Counted from the first letter of the stretch, positions 9,599 to 17,654 are shown. The stretch: 20,000 nt of DNA from an uncultured virus (IMG/VR IMGVR_UViG_3300008262_006132) (IMGVR_UViG_3300008262_006132:117058-137057); one strand, 5' to 3'. Notes: generated by a model not told the origin, from the letters alone. A program made the numbers and translations.

Positions 9599-10096
9599 TT
9601 AGCTTTTTATTAAGAATATTGCAGTCACTATAACTACCGCGGTATTAAGACCAACACTCACAAATTTGCCTAATTTTTGTCTAAATACTTCTTTTTTCAA
9701 CTCCTTAATCTCTTCATCTTTTATTTTAATTATATCATCACAGAGATCTCCTCCGCCTTGGCATCTCTCTAAAGCCATTTTCAGATCTTTGATCTCATCA
9801 TCTTTAGCCTTTCCCTGTGACTCTAGATCTTTAACCTTGACTTCAAACAAAGCAATTTTTTCACCAAGAGCATTTATTACTTTCACATAATTAGCATCAA
9901 TATTATCACAATCAATTTGAAGCTGCTTAAATAATCCAAGAAGTTCTAAGTCATTGTCAAGTTTTTGAGCTTGTTCGATAGAAATAACAATTCCAATTGT
10001 GTCACCATTTTCTACTAGGTAGTAAGGCGTATCCTTTGATTGAGAAAATGATATTGTGCTCATAAGAGTTAGTAATAAAATTAGTAAGTGTTTCAT
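9599..10096 (-). CDS. Exported coiled-coil protein with signal peptide and C-terminal membrane anchor (spanin-like candidate)
   Basis: MKHLLILLLTLMSTISFS|Q signal peptide, heptad-rich middle, three Cys, hydrophobic C-terminus. Overlaps the upstream gene by 4 bp (ATGA). Confidence 0.6.
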   Translation of the reverse strand: MKHLLILLLTLMSTISFSQSKDTPYYLVENGDTIGIVISIEQAQKLDNDLELLGLFKQLQIDCDNIDANYVKVINALGEKIALFEVKVKDLESQGKAKDDEIKDLKMALERCQGGGDLCDDIIKIKDEEIKELKKEVFRQKLGKFVSVGLNTAVVIVTAIFLIKS

Positions 10097-10515
10097 TTTT
10101 TCGTTGTTTTTTCTTTTAGAGACTCAATTAATAAATCTCCCTCTCTTTTAATCGGGTTTTTTGTAAGATTTTCTATTTTCTTTTCAGTCTCTTTCTTTTT
10201 GTCCTTTTGTACCTGTAGATCCCCTCTTAGTATCTGAATCTGTATGTCTTTTAAAGCAATAACTTTATTTATAGAATCTATTTTAAACTGATATTTAGCT
10301 GCTTCGATTGAATCTTGTTTAGCTTCAAGTTTATAAAATTCAACCTCTTGTTTAAGTTGTTCTCTTTTTTCTTCTAATTCCTCCGATCTTTGTTCTAAGT
10401 TTTTTATAAGTCTTTTGTGACCAGAAGAATCATAAAAATAAAAGAAAAGTAGAAATATAGCAATACCAGAAACTACAAGAATTAGCCAAGTTTTTGGATC
10501 AAAATTTATTTTCAT
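10093..10515 (-). CDS. Membrane-anchored coiled-coil protein (i-spanin-like topology)
   Basis: N-terminal TM helix WLILVVSGIAIFLLFFYFY followed by about 100 aa of predicted coiled coil. Confidence 0.6.
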   Translation of the reverse strand: MKINFDPKTWLILVVSGIAIFLLFFYFYDSSGHKRLIKNLEQRSEELEEKREQLKQEVEFYKLEAKQDSIEAAKYQFKIDSINKVIALKDIQIQILRGDLQVQKDKKKETEKKIENLTKNPIKREGDLLIESLKEKTTKK

Positions 10516-10579
10516 TTCTTTTTATTTATATTTGTATTTGTATATAATATATATCTAAAATTAAAACCTTTTAATTTCT

Positions 10580-11062
10580 GTGAAAAACCTTTCGATTTTC
10601 GATTTTGATAATACTCTTTGTTTCACACCTGAATCAAAAGAAGGTATGGAAATTTATAAAAATAAGACCGGTCAAGAGTGGCCTTATCCAGGTTGGTGGG
10701 GTAGAAAAGAATCACTTGATACTGATATTTTTGATATTCCTCTTAATAAAGTTGTTTATGATAAATATCTATCTTCTAAAGGAGATTATTTAGTACTTGC
10801 AACTGGTAGACTCTCAAAATTAACAAGTGAAGTATCATCTATACTAGAAAAATATGAACTAAAATTTGATGAAGTTCATTTAAATCCAGGAATGGATACT
10901 TACAAGTTCAAAACGGATTTATTTGAAAAAGTAATTTACAAAATTAGACCAGATAAGGTGGTCATTTATGATGACCGAGATACTCACCTTATCCGATTCA
11001 AAGAGTGGTCTGAAAAGCAACCTTGTTCTATAGAAATCATAGATGTTAAAAAATTAAAATAA
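10580..11062 (+). CDS. HAD-superfamily phosphatase, Swiss Army Knife RNA-repair-like
   Basis: Motif I FDFDNTL followed by TP and GWW, motif II LATGR, motif III FK, motif IV IYDDR. GTG start. Confidence 0.8.
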   Translation: MKNLSIFDFDNTLCFTPESKEGMEIYKNKTGQEWPYPGWWGRKESLDTDIFDIPLNKVVYDKYLSSKGDYLVLATGRLSKLTSEVSSILEKYELKFDEVHLNPGMDTYKFKTDLFEKVIYKIRPDKVVIYDDRDTHLIRFKEWSEKQPCSIEIIDVKKLK

Positions 11063-11149
11063 AAAGAGTCTAACAAAAGAGACGATTTACTTGAAAATTA
11101 TCAAATAAATTAATCTTAAAAAATAAAATAGATTTTTAATATATAATTT

Positions 11150-12022
11150 ATGAAATATCTTAAACATTTCAATGAAGAGCTAAAACCTGAAACCTATATA
11201 ACGGCTGGTAACAGTCTCAAATATTATGGAAAACATACAAAAGGCAATAAGCTAGTTGATTATGGATATGAGAAAGGCCACGGTTTTTATAATGCACACA
11301 TACAATATGTCGGATTATCTCCAGTTTATACTGGTAAAATTACAAATCCAATTTGTAAATTCTATTATGGAACGCCACAATGGGATGGTCCACAATCCGG
11401 TAATTCAAAATTAGTCCACACTAATTTATCAGAAGAACAATTAGTTAGCGATTGGAAAAATGGAAATGGGCCTCTATCATTTACATTAGAATTTAGATTC
11501 ACCCCATCAGAAGAATTAAAATCGGATTTAAAAAAATTAAATGATGATGATAGGCTTAAATCCTCAATTAATCATTCGAATAGTTTTCACTTATTTACAA
11601 TGAACGTAAGCTTGAGTGATTGGAATGAAGGATTAAAATACTATAATTATATAGAAGATGATGATGAATTTATTGAACCAGGAGATCCAAACTATGTAGA
11701 CTTAATAGATTTATATCAAAATACAAAGTCATTATCAATAAGATTAAGTAGATTAATGGATAAAGGCATTTATGGTATATTCGCTGATAGACAATCTGCA
11801 CTTAAATTTAAAAGAAATTTACCTAGCCTAATAAATCCACACAAAGAAAAGATAATGAATTTATTATCTATTATAGGTGGTGGTGCTGAAGAATTGGAAG
11901 ATATTTTTGAATCTTTCGATATAATTAGAATTAACTCTTTATATCAGAGTGAGGATATAAAAGGCGTTAACTTACACAATACTTGGTATAAAGGATTTCT
12001 TTATATCAGAGTGAGGATATAA
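11150..12022 (+). CDS. Hypothetical protein, possible head-internal protein; C-terminus altered by tandem duplication
   Basis: 290-aa ORF starting MKYLKHFNEE, with ATATATA just upstream. Confidence 0.8.
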   Translation: MKYLKHFNEELKPETYITAGNSLKYYGKHTKGNKLVDYGYEKGHGFYNAHIQYVGLSPVYTGKITNPICKFYYGTPQWDGPQSGNSKLVHTNLSEEQLVSDWKNGNGPLSFTLEFRFTPSEELKSDLKKLNDDDRLKSSINHSNSFHLFTMNVSLSDWNEGLKYYNYIEDDDEFIEPGDPNYVDLIDLYQNTKSLSIRLSRLMDKGIYGIFADRQSALKFKRNLPSLINPHKEKIMNLLSIIGGGAEELEDIFESFDIIRINSLYQSEDIKGVNLHNTWYKGFLYIRVRI

Positions 12023-12059
12023 AAGGCGTTAACTTACACAATACTTGGTATAAAGGATT
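11936..12059 (+). repeat. Exact 62-bp direct tandem duplication
   Basis: TCTTTATATCAGAGTGAGG...TGGTATAAAGGATT occurs at 11936-11997 and 11998-12059 with no spacer. Confidence 0.95.
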
Positions 12060-12190
12060 CATATAATATCAACAAACTTATCAAAATCATTAATTATTTT
12101 CAGGAATTAATTTGAGGTTAAAAAATTAAAATAAATTTTTAAACTTATAAAATTTTAAATATATAAAACACCTAAAATCAATAAAAAAAT

Positions 12191-12472
12191 ATGAGCACAA
12201 TTACTGAAAAGAAAACAAAATCCAAAGCTGATGAAATTCTTTCTAGACCGTGGAAATTGATACTTTCAAACGATGATTATAATACGTTTGATTGGGTAAT
12301 CACTTGTTTGATGAAAGTTTGTGGACACGAATATGAGCAAGCTTCTCAATGTGCGCACATCGTACACTTCAATGGAGAGTGTGATGTTAAATACGGAGAT
12401 CTCGAGACAATTTCTACAATGAAAGATAAATTAGTTAATGCTGGTTTGAAAGCCTTGATCGAGGCTAATTAG
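12191..12472 (+). CDS. clpS: ATP-dependent Clp protease adaptor ClpS
   Basis: LILSNDDYNTFDWVITCL...EQASQCAHIVHFNG..VKYG...L...GL matches the ClpS NDDxxT and VHxxG motifs, in the short Bacteroidetes-like form. Confidence 0.93.
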   Translation: MSTITEKKTKSKADEILSRPWKLILSNDDYNTFDWVITCLMKVCGHEYEQASQCAHIVHFNGECDVKYGDLETISTMKDKLVNAGLKALIEAN

Positions 12473-13260
12473 TCTTTTTGATTTCTAAGATAATTTTTAA
12501 TATTTTCTAGATCATCTTTAGTCAGATTATCAATCGTATGCTTTATACTAAATTTCAACTCTTCTTCTTTTAACTTGTCTTCTATTTTAGCTTCTTGTCT
12601 CTCTGATTCCGTTAAAGGAGAAACTGATTTTATTAGTTTTCTAATTTCTTTAACACTCGGAGTATTAAAGTCTCCAGATTTTGGAATTTCTCTAACAACT
12701 GGAATTTCTGATTTAAATTCAGAAATCTCTTCCTCAGAAAAGTTTTTGACAATAGATAGAATTCTCCAGTCAAGCTTTTCTTTATTTTCTCTGATAAAGT
12801 CTATAGAAAGATCATTCGCACTAATTAGATTCCAAAGTTTGAATTTTTCTATAATACTTTTATAGATTGAAATGTTAGATATTTTATCAGAAGAGCTTAA
12901 GTATAGAATCATTCTCTCCCAATTAATCCATTCTTCATACTCTTTTATAAAATCTTCCGATAGATTTGAGTATGTCAACATGTTTAAGTCAGATATATCT
13001 TCTAAAGTAAAGTACTCCAAGGTTATGCCAGATTTAATAAAGTCCTCAGAAAGAGATAACATAGTAATTACTATTTCTTTATCTATGCCTTCAAAATCTT
13101 CACTTTCTGGTCCCCATTTTAAAAGAAATGATTCTGGTATTTCATATTCTCTAAGTACCTCTATCGCTCCTTCTTCTTTAATTTTTTCGAGTAGTTGAAA
13201 TTCAGTTAGCTCTACTTCAGAGTTTGAAACTTCTTTATTTACAATTTTAACTTTTTTCAT
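12469..13260 (-). CDS. Tryptophan-repeat family-like protein
   Basis: Repeated units LSEDFIKEYEEWINW, LSIDFIRENKEKLDW, LSEDFIK, FSEEEISEFK. Lies directly downstream of terL-C. Confidence 0.7.
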   Translation of the reverse strand: MKKVKIVNKEVSNSEVELTEFQLLEKIKEEGAIEVLREYEIPESFLLKWGPESEDFEGIDKEIVITMLSLSEDFIKSGITLEYFTLEDISDLNMLTYSNLSEDFIKEYEEWINWERMILYLSSSDKISNISIYKSIIEKFKLWNLISANDLSIDFIRENKEKLDWRILSIVKNFSEEEISEFKSEIPVVREIPKSGDFNTPSVKEIRKLIKSVSPLTESERQEAKIEDKLKEEELKFSIKHTIDNLTKDDLENIKNYLRNQKD

Positions 13261-13269
13261 TTTTAAAAT

Positions 13270-15489
13270 TTATTTTTTGAAAGGATTATCCCATTTTCCA
13301 AGAGAAATATCATTTTTATATCTATTATTAAATTTAGATTTTCTTCTTATATCTAAAAGCTGTTTATAGTCAACGCCTTCTATAAATTCATTGTTATTTA
13401 ATATTTGATCTATAAACAATCTTAGTTGACTATCACTAAGACTATCAATGTAATCTTCTATTATTTGTCTAAACTCATTTTTTTGAAAAATGGCACACAT
13501 GTCAATTATTGTCATAACAGTGTCATCATGAGATGATCCATCTGCCGCGTACTTCACATTACCAGCACTTGTTGTATGTTTGATGAAAGTAGTTATTTCT
13601 TGAATATTGATTTCATTTGTAATTATTATAGATTTGTCTTCCATTTTATCTTGATACTCTTTAACAAGTAAATTTTTATTTTCACCGACTTTTAATCCTA
13701 TTTTTTCTTCAATCGCATCAGCTCTATGTTTAAATCTGAAAAATATTGAAGAACCATAGTTATTTCGTCCATCAAATACATTTGGTAAATGAGCTAAGAG
13801 TTCATTTCCATAGGTATTGATTTCTAAAACTATTTTAACGTTTTCTGGATTGAAGTATTCAAATGCAATCAAATAAAGAAGTTCGGATAGCTGTTGAACG
13901 GAAATTAAATTACTTCTAAAAATTCCAATCTGTTCAAGTCTTCCGAAATCGACAATAGATTTGTATTTATGCTTTTGTTGTTCAATCAATTCACTTGGCT
14001 TTATACCAACTTTAAAAATATTCACTACTGTGCTGTCTTGACCTAGACCTTCTGCCACATCCACTGAAATAATAATTTTATAATTTTTTCTTTGGATTGG
14101 TATGTAAATATCTTCATCTTGACACCATTTTAAATCTTGATAAGAAAATTTCAACTTTCCTTCAAACTCATCAATATTTTCCCACTCATAAAGTTTTTTA
14201 CCTCTTGTCATCTCATCAATCAAGGTCTCACTTAATAAGCTTCTTGATGAGTTTATGAACCTAAGATCATATTCTTGATTAAAAGCTTCTTCACCACCTA
14301 TATCTTTAATAGTTTCCTTTTTCCAAGTTGTGATGTCTGAAAATTCGAGTAGCCTAATTTCGTTAAATGATTCCGCAAGTAAGTCTTCCTCTGAACAATC
14401 ACTGTTGTTCAAGGTCGTTATTACCCATTTTTTTAATTCATCATTATATTTTAAACTATGTTCGTTCTTTGGGTATTGTTGTTTTAAGTAATTTAGTAAC
14501 TCCTCTTTATCAATATCTAATTCTTTAACTTTCTTGGGATTAAGTCTTATATAAGTAGAAAATCTTTTTGGCACTTGCCACCAATAAACCCTTTTAGCCA
14601 TATATGATGATTTTTCCCCTTCTGGCTTTTCGGCCTCGGTTAATAATTTGTGAAATAGATTAAAACCATTAGGAGTAGATGTTATAATAATTTTAGAATT
14701 TTCTATGTTTGACACAGTTGGAAAAACAGATTTATAAAACTTATCAGCTATATTATCTGGTAAGTAAGCAAACTCATCTAGATATAAAAAGTCAGCAGTT
14801 TGACCAATAGAGGATGTTTTTGTAGTCGCGAAGCCTTTGATCCTACTTTTATTTTCAAAAACCATAAATTTTTGATTCCAGTTAATTATTCCTTGTTGTA
14901 AGAAAAAGGGTAGTCTTTGATAAATTTCTCTTATTTTATCCAAAACTTCAACAGCTGTATCCAATTTATTAGCAGTCACAAGAACATTCTTGTTATTATT
15001 AAAAAGAACATAATGTAGCATCATTATTGAAGAACAAATCGTATTATGAGATAGAATTCCGTTTGTATAAAGTCTGTGATTACGATGATCAACAGTTGCA
15101 TCAAACATAGATGTTTTGAATTTTATCTTTTGCACACTTATTACCTTTTCTTCTCCAGTTTGAGTTTGTAGAATATCACCAACTTTTAGCTCTTTTACGA
15201 ATATTTCCTTGAAATTACTACCAAAAACTATATGATTGTCTGCACTCTCTAAATGAAAATTACTCGTTTTAACTACCCAATGAGTGTATGGTTGTGTGAG
15301 ATGTATTTTTGATACGGGTTCGTATCCAGTATCACTTAAAACCTTCAAGTTACTTGTGTTTAGAGAATTAATAATCTTTTTTGATATATCATCCTCATTT
15401 AGACTTGTACCTCTATACTCAATTTTTTCTATAAATTGAATCAATGAATAAAGTAATTTGATTGTTACTGATTTAAAAAATTTAAACAT
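13270..15489 (-). CDS. terL: Large terminase C-terminal fragment fused to split intein IntC (aa 1-149 intein; aa 150-739 rest of ATPase plus nuclease)
   Basis: T4 gp17-like motifs after HN|T: Walker B FLYLDEFA, coupling motif ITSTPNG, FNQEY, nuclease acidic motifs VDVAEGLGQD, LEINTYG, HDDTVM. Confidence 0.95.
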   Translation of the reverse strand: MFKFFKSVTIKLLYSLIQFIEKIEYRGTSLNEDDISKKIINSLNTSNLKVLSDTGYEPVSKIHLTQPYTHWVVKTSNFHLESADNHIVFGSNFKEIFVKELKVGDILQTQTGEEKVISVQKIKFKTSMFDATVDHRNHRLYTNGILSHNTICSSIMMLHYVLFNNNKNVLVTANKLDTAVEVLDKIREIYQRLPFFLQQGIINWNQKFMVFENKSRIKGFATTKTSSIGQTADFLYLDEFAYLPDNIADKFYKSVFPTVSNIENSKIIITSTPNGFNLFHKLLTEAEKPEGEKSSYMAKRVYWWQVPKRFSTYIRLNPKKVKELDIDKEELLNYLKQQYPKNEHSLKYNDELKKWVITTLNNSDCSEEDLLAESFNEIRLLEFSDITTWKKETIKDIGGEEAFNQEYDLRFINSSRSLLSETLIDEMTRGKKLYEWENIDEFEGKLKFSYQDLKWCQDEDIYIPIQRKNYKIIISVDVAEGLGQDSTVVNIFKVGIKPSELIEQQKHKYKSIVDFGRLEQIGIFRSNLISVQQLSELLYLIAFEYFNPENVKIVLEINTYGNELLAHLPNVFDGRNNYGSSIFFRFKHRADAIEEKIGLKVGENKNLLVKEYQDKMEDKSIIITNEINIQEITTFIKHTTSAGNVKYAADGSSHDDTVMTIIDMCAIFQKNEFRQIIEDYIDSLSDSQLRLFIDQILNNNEFIEGVDYKQLLDIRRKSKFNNRYKNDISLGKWDNPFKK
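15043..15489 (-). mobile_element. Split intein C-fragment (IntC, 149 aa)
   Basis: Block B-like LESADNHIVF, LKVGD motif, block F MFDATVD, block G LYTNGILSHN followed by Thr(+1). No N-terminal Cys/Ser block A and no endonuclease domain. Confidence 0.93.
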
Positions 15490-15566
15490 GATTTTTTTTA
15501 TATTTTTTCATTATTATCTCAAATAAATCATTTATCTTCCTATCAAGTTGGGAAACGTTTTAAATA

Positions 15567-16067
15567 TTATTTATCGAGAAGGTATATAAGGTCGTAAATT
15601 TTTATTTTTATTTTTTCTAAAATTGTTAATTTTCTTTGTCTCGATAATATATAGTAATATAATTTTCCAAATCTTATCTCTAATAACTCATCATTTAATC
15701 CAACAAAAACCTTCGTATTAAAGGAAAAACACTTACCAATCTGACGACTTGCCATAAGTATATTAAATCTATTATTAAAGAAGTTATCTAGTATTTCTTT
15801 TTGATAATCTCTTAGAGGTATTATAATTGGTTGACCTTCTTCTCCTTTGATGTAACAATATGTTGACGCGAAGTAGTGAATGTCGAGTGCACACCTAATA
15901 TACTCTTCTTGCTCTTCAGGTGACATTTTGAAAACAAGTCCTGATGTTCTAAGACCCACTACCTTTTCAAAAAATGGATTTTCTAATCTACTGAGTACAA
16001 ATCCATTATTTATTCGCTCAGTAGCATCTTCAATCATTTTTGAATCCCAAATAATTTGCCTAGACAT
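15567..16067 (-). CDS. terL: Large terminase N-terminal fragment fused to split intein IntN (aa 1-112 extein; aa 113-166 intein)
   Basis: Adenine-binding motif LRDYQKE and Walker A start MASRQIGK, followed immediately by CFSFNTKV (intein block A) in place of the expected Thr. Confidence 0.95.
   Translation of the reverse strand: MSRQIIWDSKMIEDATERINNGFVLSRLENPFFEKVVGLRTSGLVFKMSPEEQEEYIRCALDIHYFASTYCYIKGEEGQPIIIPLRDYQKEILDNFFNNRFNILMASRQIGKCFSFNTKVFVGLNDELLEIRFGKLYYYILSRQRKLTILEKIKIKIYDLIYLLDK
15570..15731 (-). mobile_element. Split intein N-fragment (IntN, 54 aa)
   Basis: Cys1 codon at 15729-15731. CFSFNTKVFV...EIRFGKLY is typical of block A and the following strand-helix. Confidence 0.9.
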
Positions 16068-16112
16068 AAAATTTTAAAAATTTTGAAAAAAATCCACAAA
16101 GGATTATTTTAT

Positions 16113-16122
16113 GTATATATAC
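16113..16122. promoter_or_regulatory. Palindromic GTATATATAC, candidate bidirectional late promoter
   Basis: Perfect 10-bp palindrome in the 62-bp gap between divergent terL-N and the putative terS. Its ATATATA core recurs upstream of many genes in the window. Confidence 0.5.
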
Positions 16123-16129
16123 TAATACT

Positions 16130-16744
16130 ATGGGTACTATGTCTAAATCAGAAAAAGAGCATAATCGTATTAACGATGAGTTTGATATGATACAAGAAGA
16201 GAATAGAGATTTTGATATTTCTAGTCACTTGGCCAAAGTTGACGACTTACCAGATTTAGGTCAAATCGAATTATATGACTATGACTCAGATCTTACAGTC
16301 GTTGCTCAAAAAGGATTAGAAGTGATTGAATCACTTGTAGATTTATACCTTAGTGAGTTTGGTGATTTAAAAAACCATCCATATATCAGAAATAAAGTAA
16401 AAGAAGATGCGATGGTTTACGCTGAGACATTATTTTTATCTAAAATGACTAGAAAAAACTTTTTAACGCAGTTAAGACAGATTGATAATGGTGACAATTC
16501 TGCTAGAATGCATGAAGTAATAAACCAAACGATCAGAGAAGTTCGAGAGAATTCTAAATTTTCATCTTCTCAAAGGACCGAGTTAGAGCAATATTACAAG
16601 ACATTTAGAGAGGATTTAAGTGAAGTCGCTTCTACTATGAAGAAAGATGGTGGTTCTAATTCTGGTGGAGACGATGGAACAATAGTTGATAGTAAGAAAT
16701 TAAATGACTTAATTTCCGAGGCTATGAAGAAGAAAAAGAGTTAA
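16130..16744 (+). CDS. terS: Probable small terminase subunit (T4 gp16-like)
   Basis: Adjacent to terL and predicted helical. DDLPDLGQIELY, DNSARMHEVINQ and TIVDSKKLNDLI resemble, in the same order, gp16 segments as I recall them (SDLPGI..., DSPRHMEVF, TVFMGSPTELMD). Confidence 0.6.
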   Translation: MGTMSKSEKEHNRINDEFDMIQEENRDFDISSHLAKVDDLPDLGQIELYDYDSDLTVVAQKGLEVIESLVDLYLSEFGDLKNHPYIRNKVKEDAMVYAETLFLSKMTRKNFLTQLRQIDNGDNSARMHEVINQTIREVRENSKFSSSQRTELEQYYKTFREDLSEVASTMKKDGGSNSGGDDGTIVDSKKLNDLISEAMKKKKS

Positions 16745-17586
16745 ATCCTATTAAAGTTTTCAAAGCTTCTAACTATGTTAGAGTACTCTAATTGAACTTG
16801 AAACTCATTGAATCTATTTGCATTGTTGTGTGTACATTCCTTAATGACTAAAAAGTTGTCATCATTTTTGAGTTTATCTTTAACAATTAGTTTTACATCA
16901 TTTTGGGTTTTGATTAATAAACTTTCAAGTAGCTTATTAAGATCTTTAGTCATAGAAATGGATTTTGGATTATCATCGTAGAAAGTAATCTGATTATAAT
17001 TATCAATTGTTTCAGAAGTTAGAATATCTCCATCTGTTTTAAGACCAATCAAGTGTTGCAAAATTAATCTCGATTTTATATAAGCTAAATTGTCATCATT
17101 TTTATTAAAAAAAGTTTCTGATATAAAGTAATATTTTTTAACTAATAGTCCTTTTTCTTTTAATTTTTCTTCTAAGTTTTCTATTTGTTTTGTAAAGTAT
17201 TCTTTTTTATTCTTTGAGCATATTATATAAATATCATCATTTGTATTAATGACATTATTAAAAAGTGAAAGTTCTAATTTGAATTCAAGATGTTCAGCCA
17301 CTGATGGGTTAAGAAATTCTTGAAGAGATATTCCTAAATTTGAAATATCAACTTTGTGTTTCTTTGATTTCACTTTTAGTGTGTTCATGAATTCGTTAGA
17401 TAACCAAAATGTTTTTCCATTAAAATTTAGTTTATTACCTTGTGATTTATAAATCCCAGATTTAAATAAATTAAAATCAGAAGTTTCAAGTTTTAAGATA
17501 GGTATATTTGGATTGTTTTTATCAACAATCCAGGGTTTTGAGTCTATTTTTAGAATTACATCTAAGTCAATAAAATGAGCATTCAT
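16741..17586 (-). CDS. Hypothetical protein with HAD-like motifs
   Basis: N-terminal FIDLD (DxD), IYIICSK (motif II-like) and ITFYDDN (motif IV-like). Confidence 0.55.
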   Translation of the reverse strand: MNAHFIDLDVILKIDSKPWIVDKNNPNIPILKLETSDFNLFKSGIYKSQGNKLNFNGKTFWLSNEFMNTLKVKSKKHKVDISNLGISLQEFLNPSVAEHLEFKLELSLFNNVINTNDDIYIICSKNKKEYFTKQIENLEEKLKEKGLLVKKYYFISETFFNKNDDNLAYIKSRLILQHLIGLKTDGDILTSETIDNYNQITFYDDNPKSISMTKDLNKLLESLLIKTQNDVKLIVKDKLKNDDNFLVIKECTHNNANRFNEFQVQLEYSNIVRSFENFNRI

Positions 17587-17600
17587 AACATCTTATATAT

Positions 17601-17628
17601 AAAAAACCCACTCTATAAAAGAGTGGGT
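17601..17628 (-). terminator. Rho-independent terminator
   Basis: 9-bp stem ACCCACTCT/AGAGTGGGT with a T-run on the minus strand, downstream of 17655..18110. Confidence 0.85.
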
Positions 17629-17654
17629 CTTAATTTTTAGTTAATTTTTATTTT

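Noticed and set aside
11063..11149. Terminator or ncRNA in the intergenic region after the HAD gene
   Set aside because: Only a weak 4-bp GTCT/AGAC pairing and no convincing structure.
11936..12059. CRISPR array
   Set aside because: Only two abutting 62-bp copies of coding sequence, with no spacers and no cas genes.
15490..15566. Intron or homing endonuclease between the terL halves
   Set aside because: Only 77 bp, A-rich, with no evident group I/II structure and no ORF of meaningful length.
15490..15569. terL break explained as stop-codon readthrough, a single frameshift or a pseudogene
   Set aside because: The two ORFs are in different frames, the spacer has stops in all three frames, both halves keep all catalytic motifs, and the break coincides with complementary intein halves.
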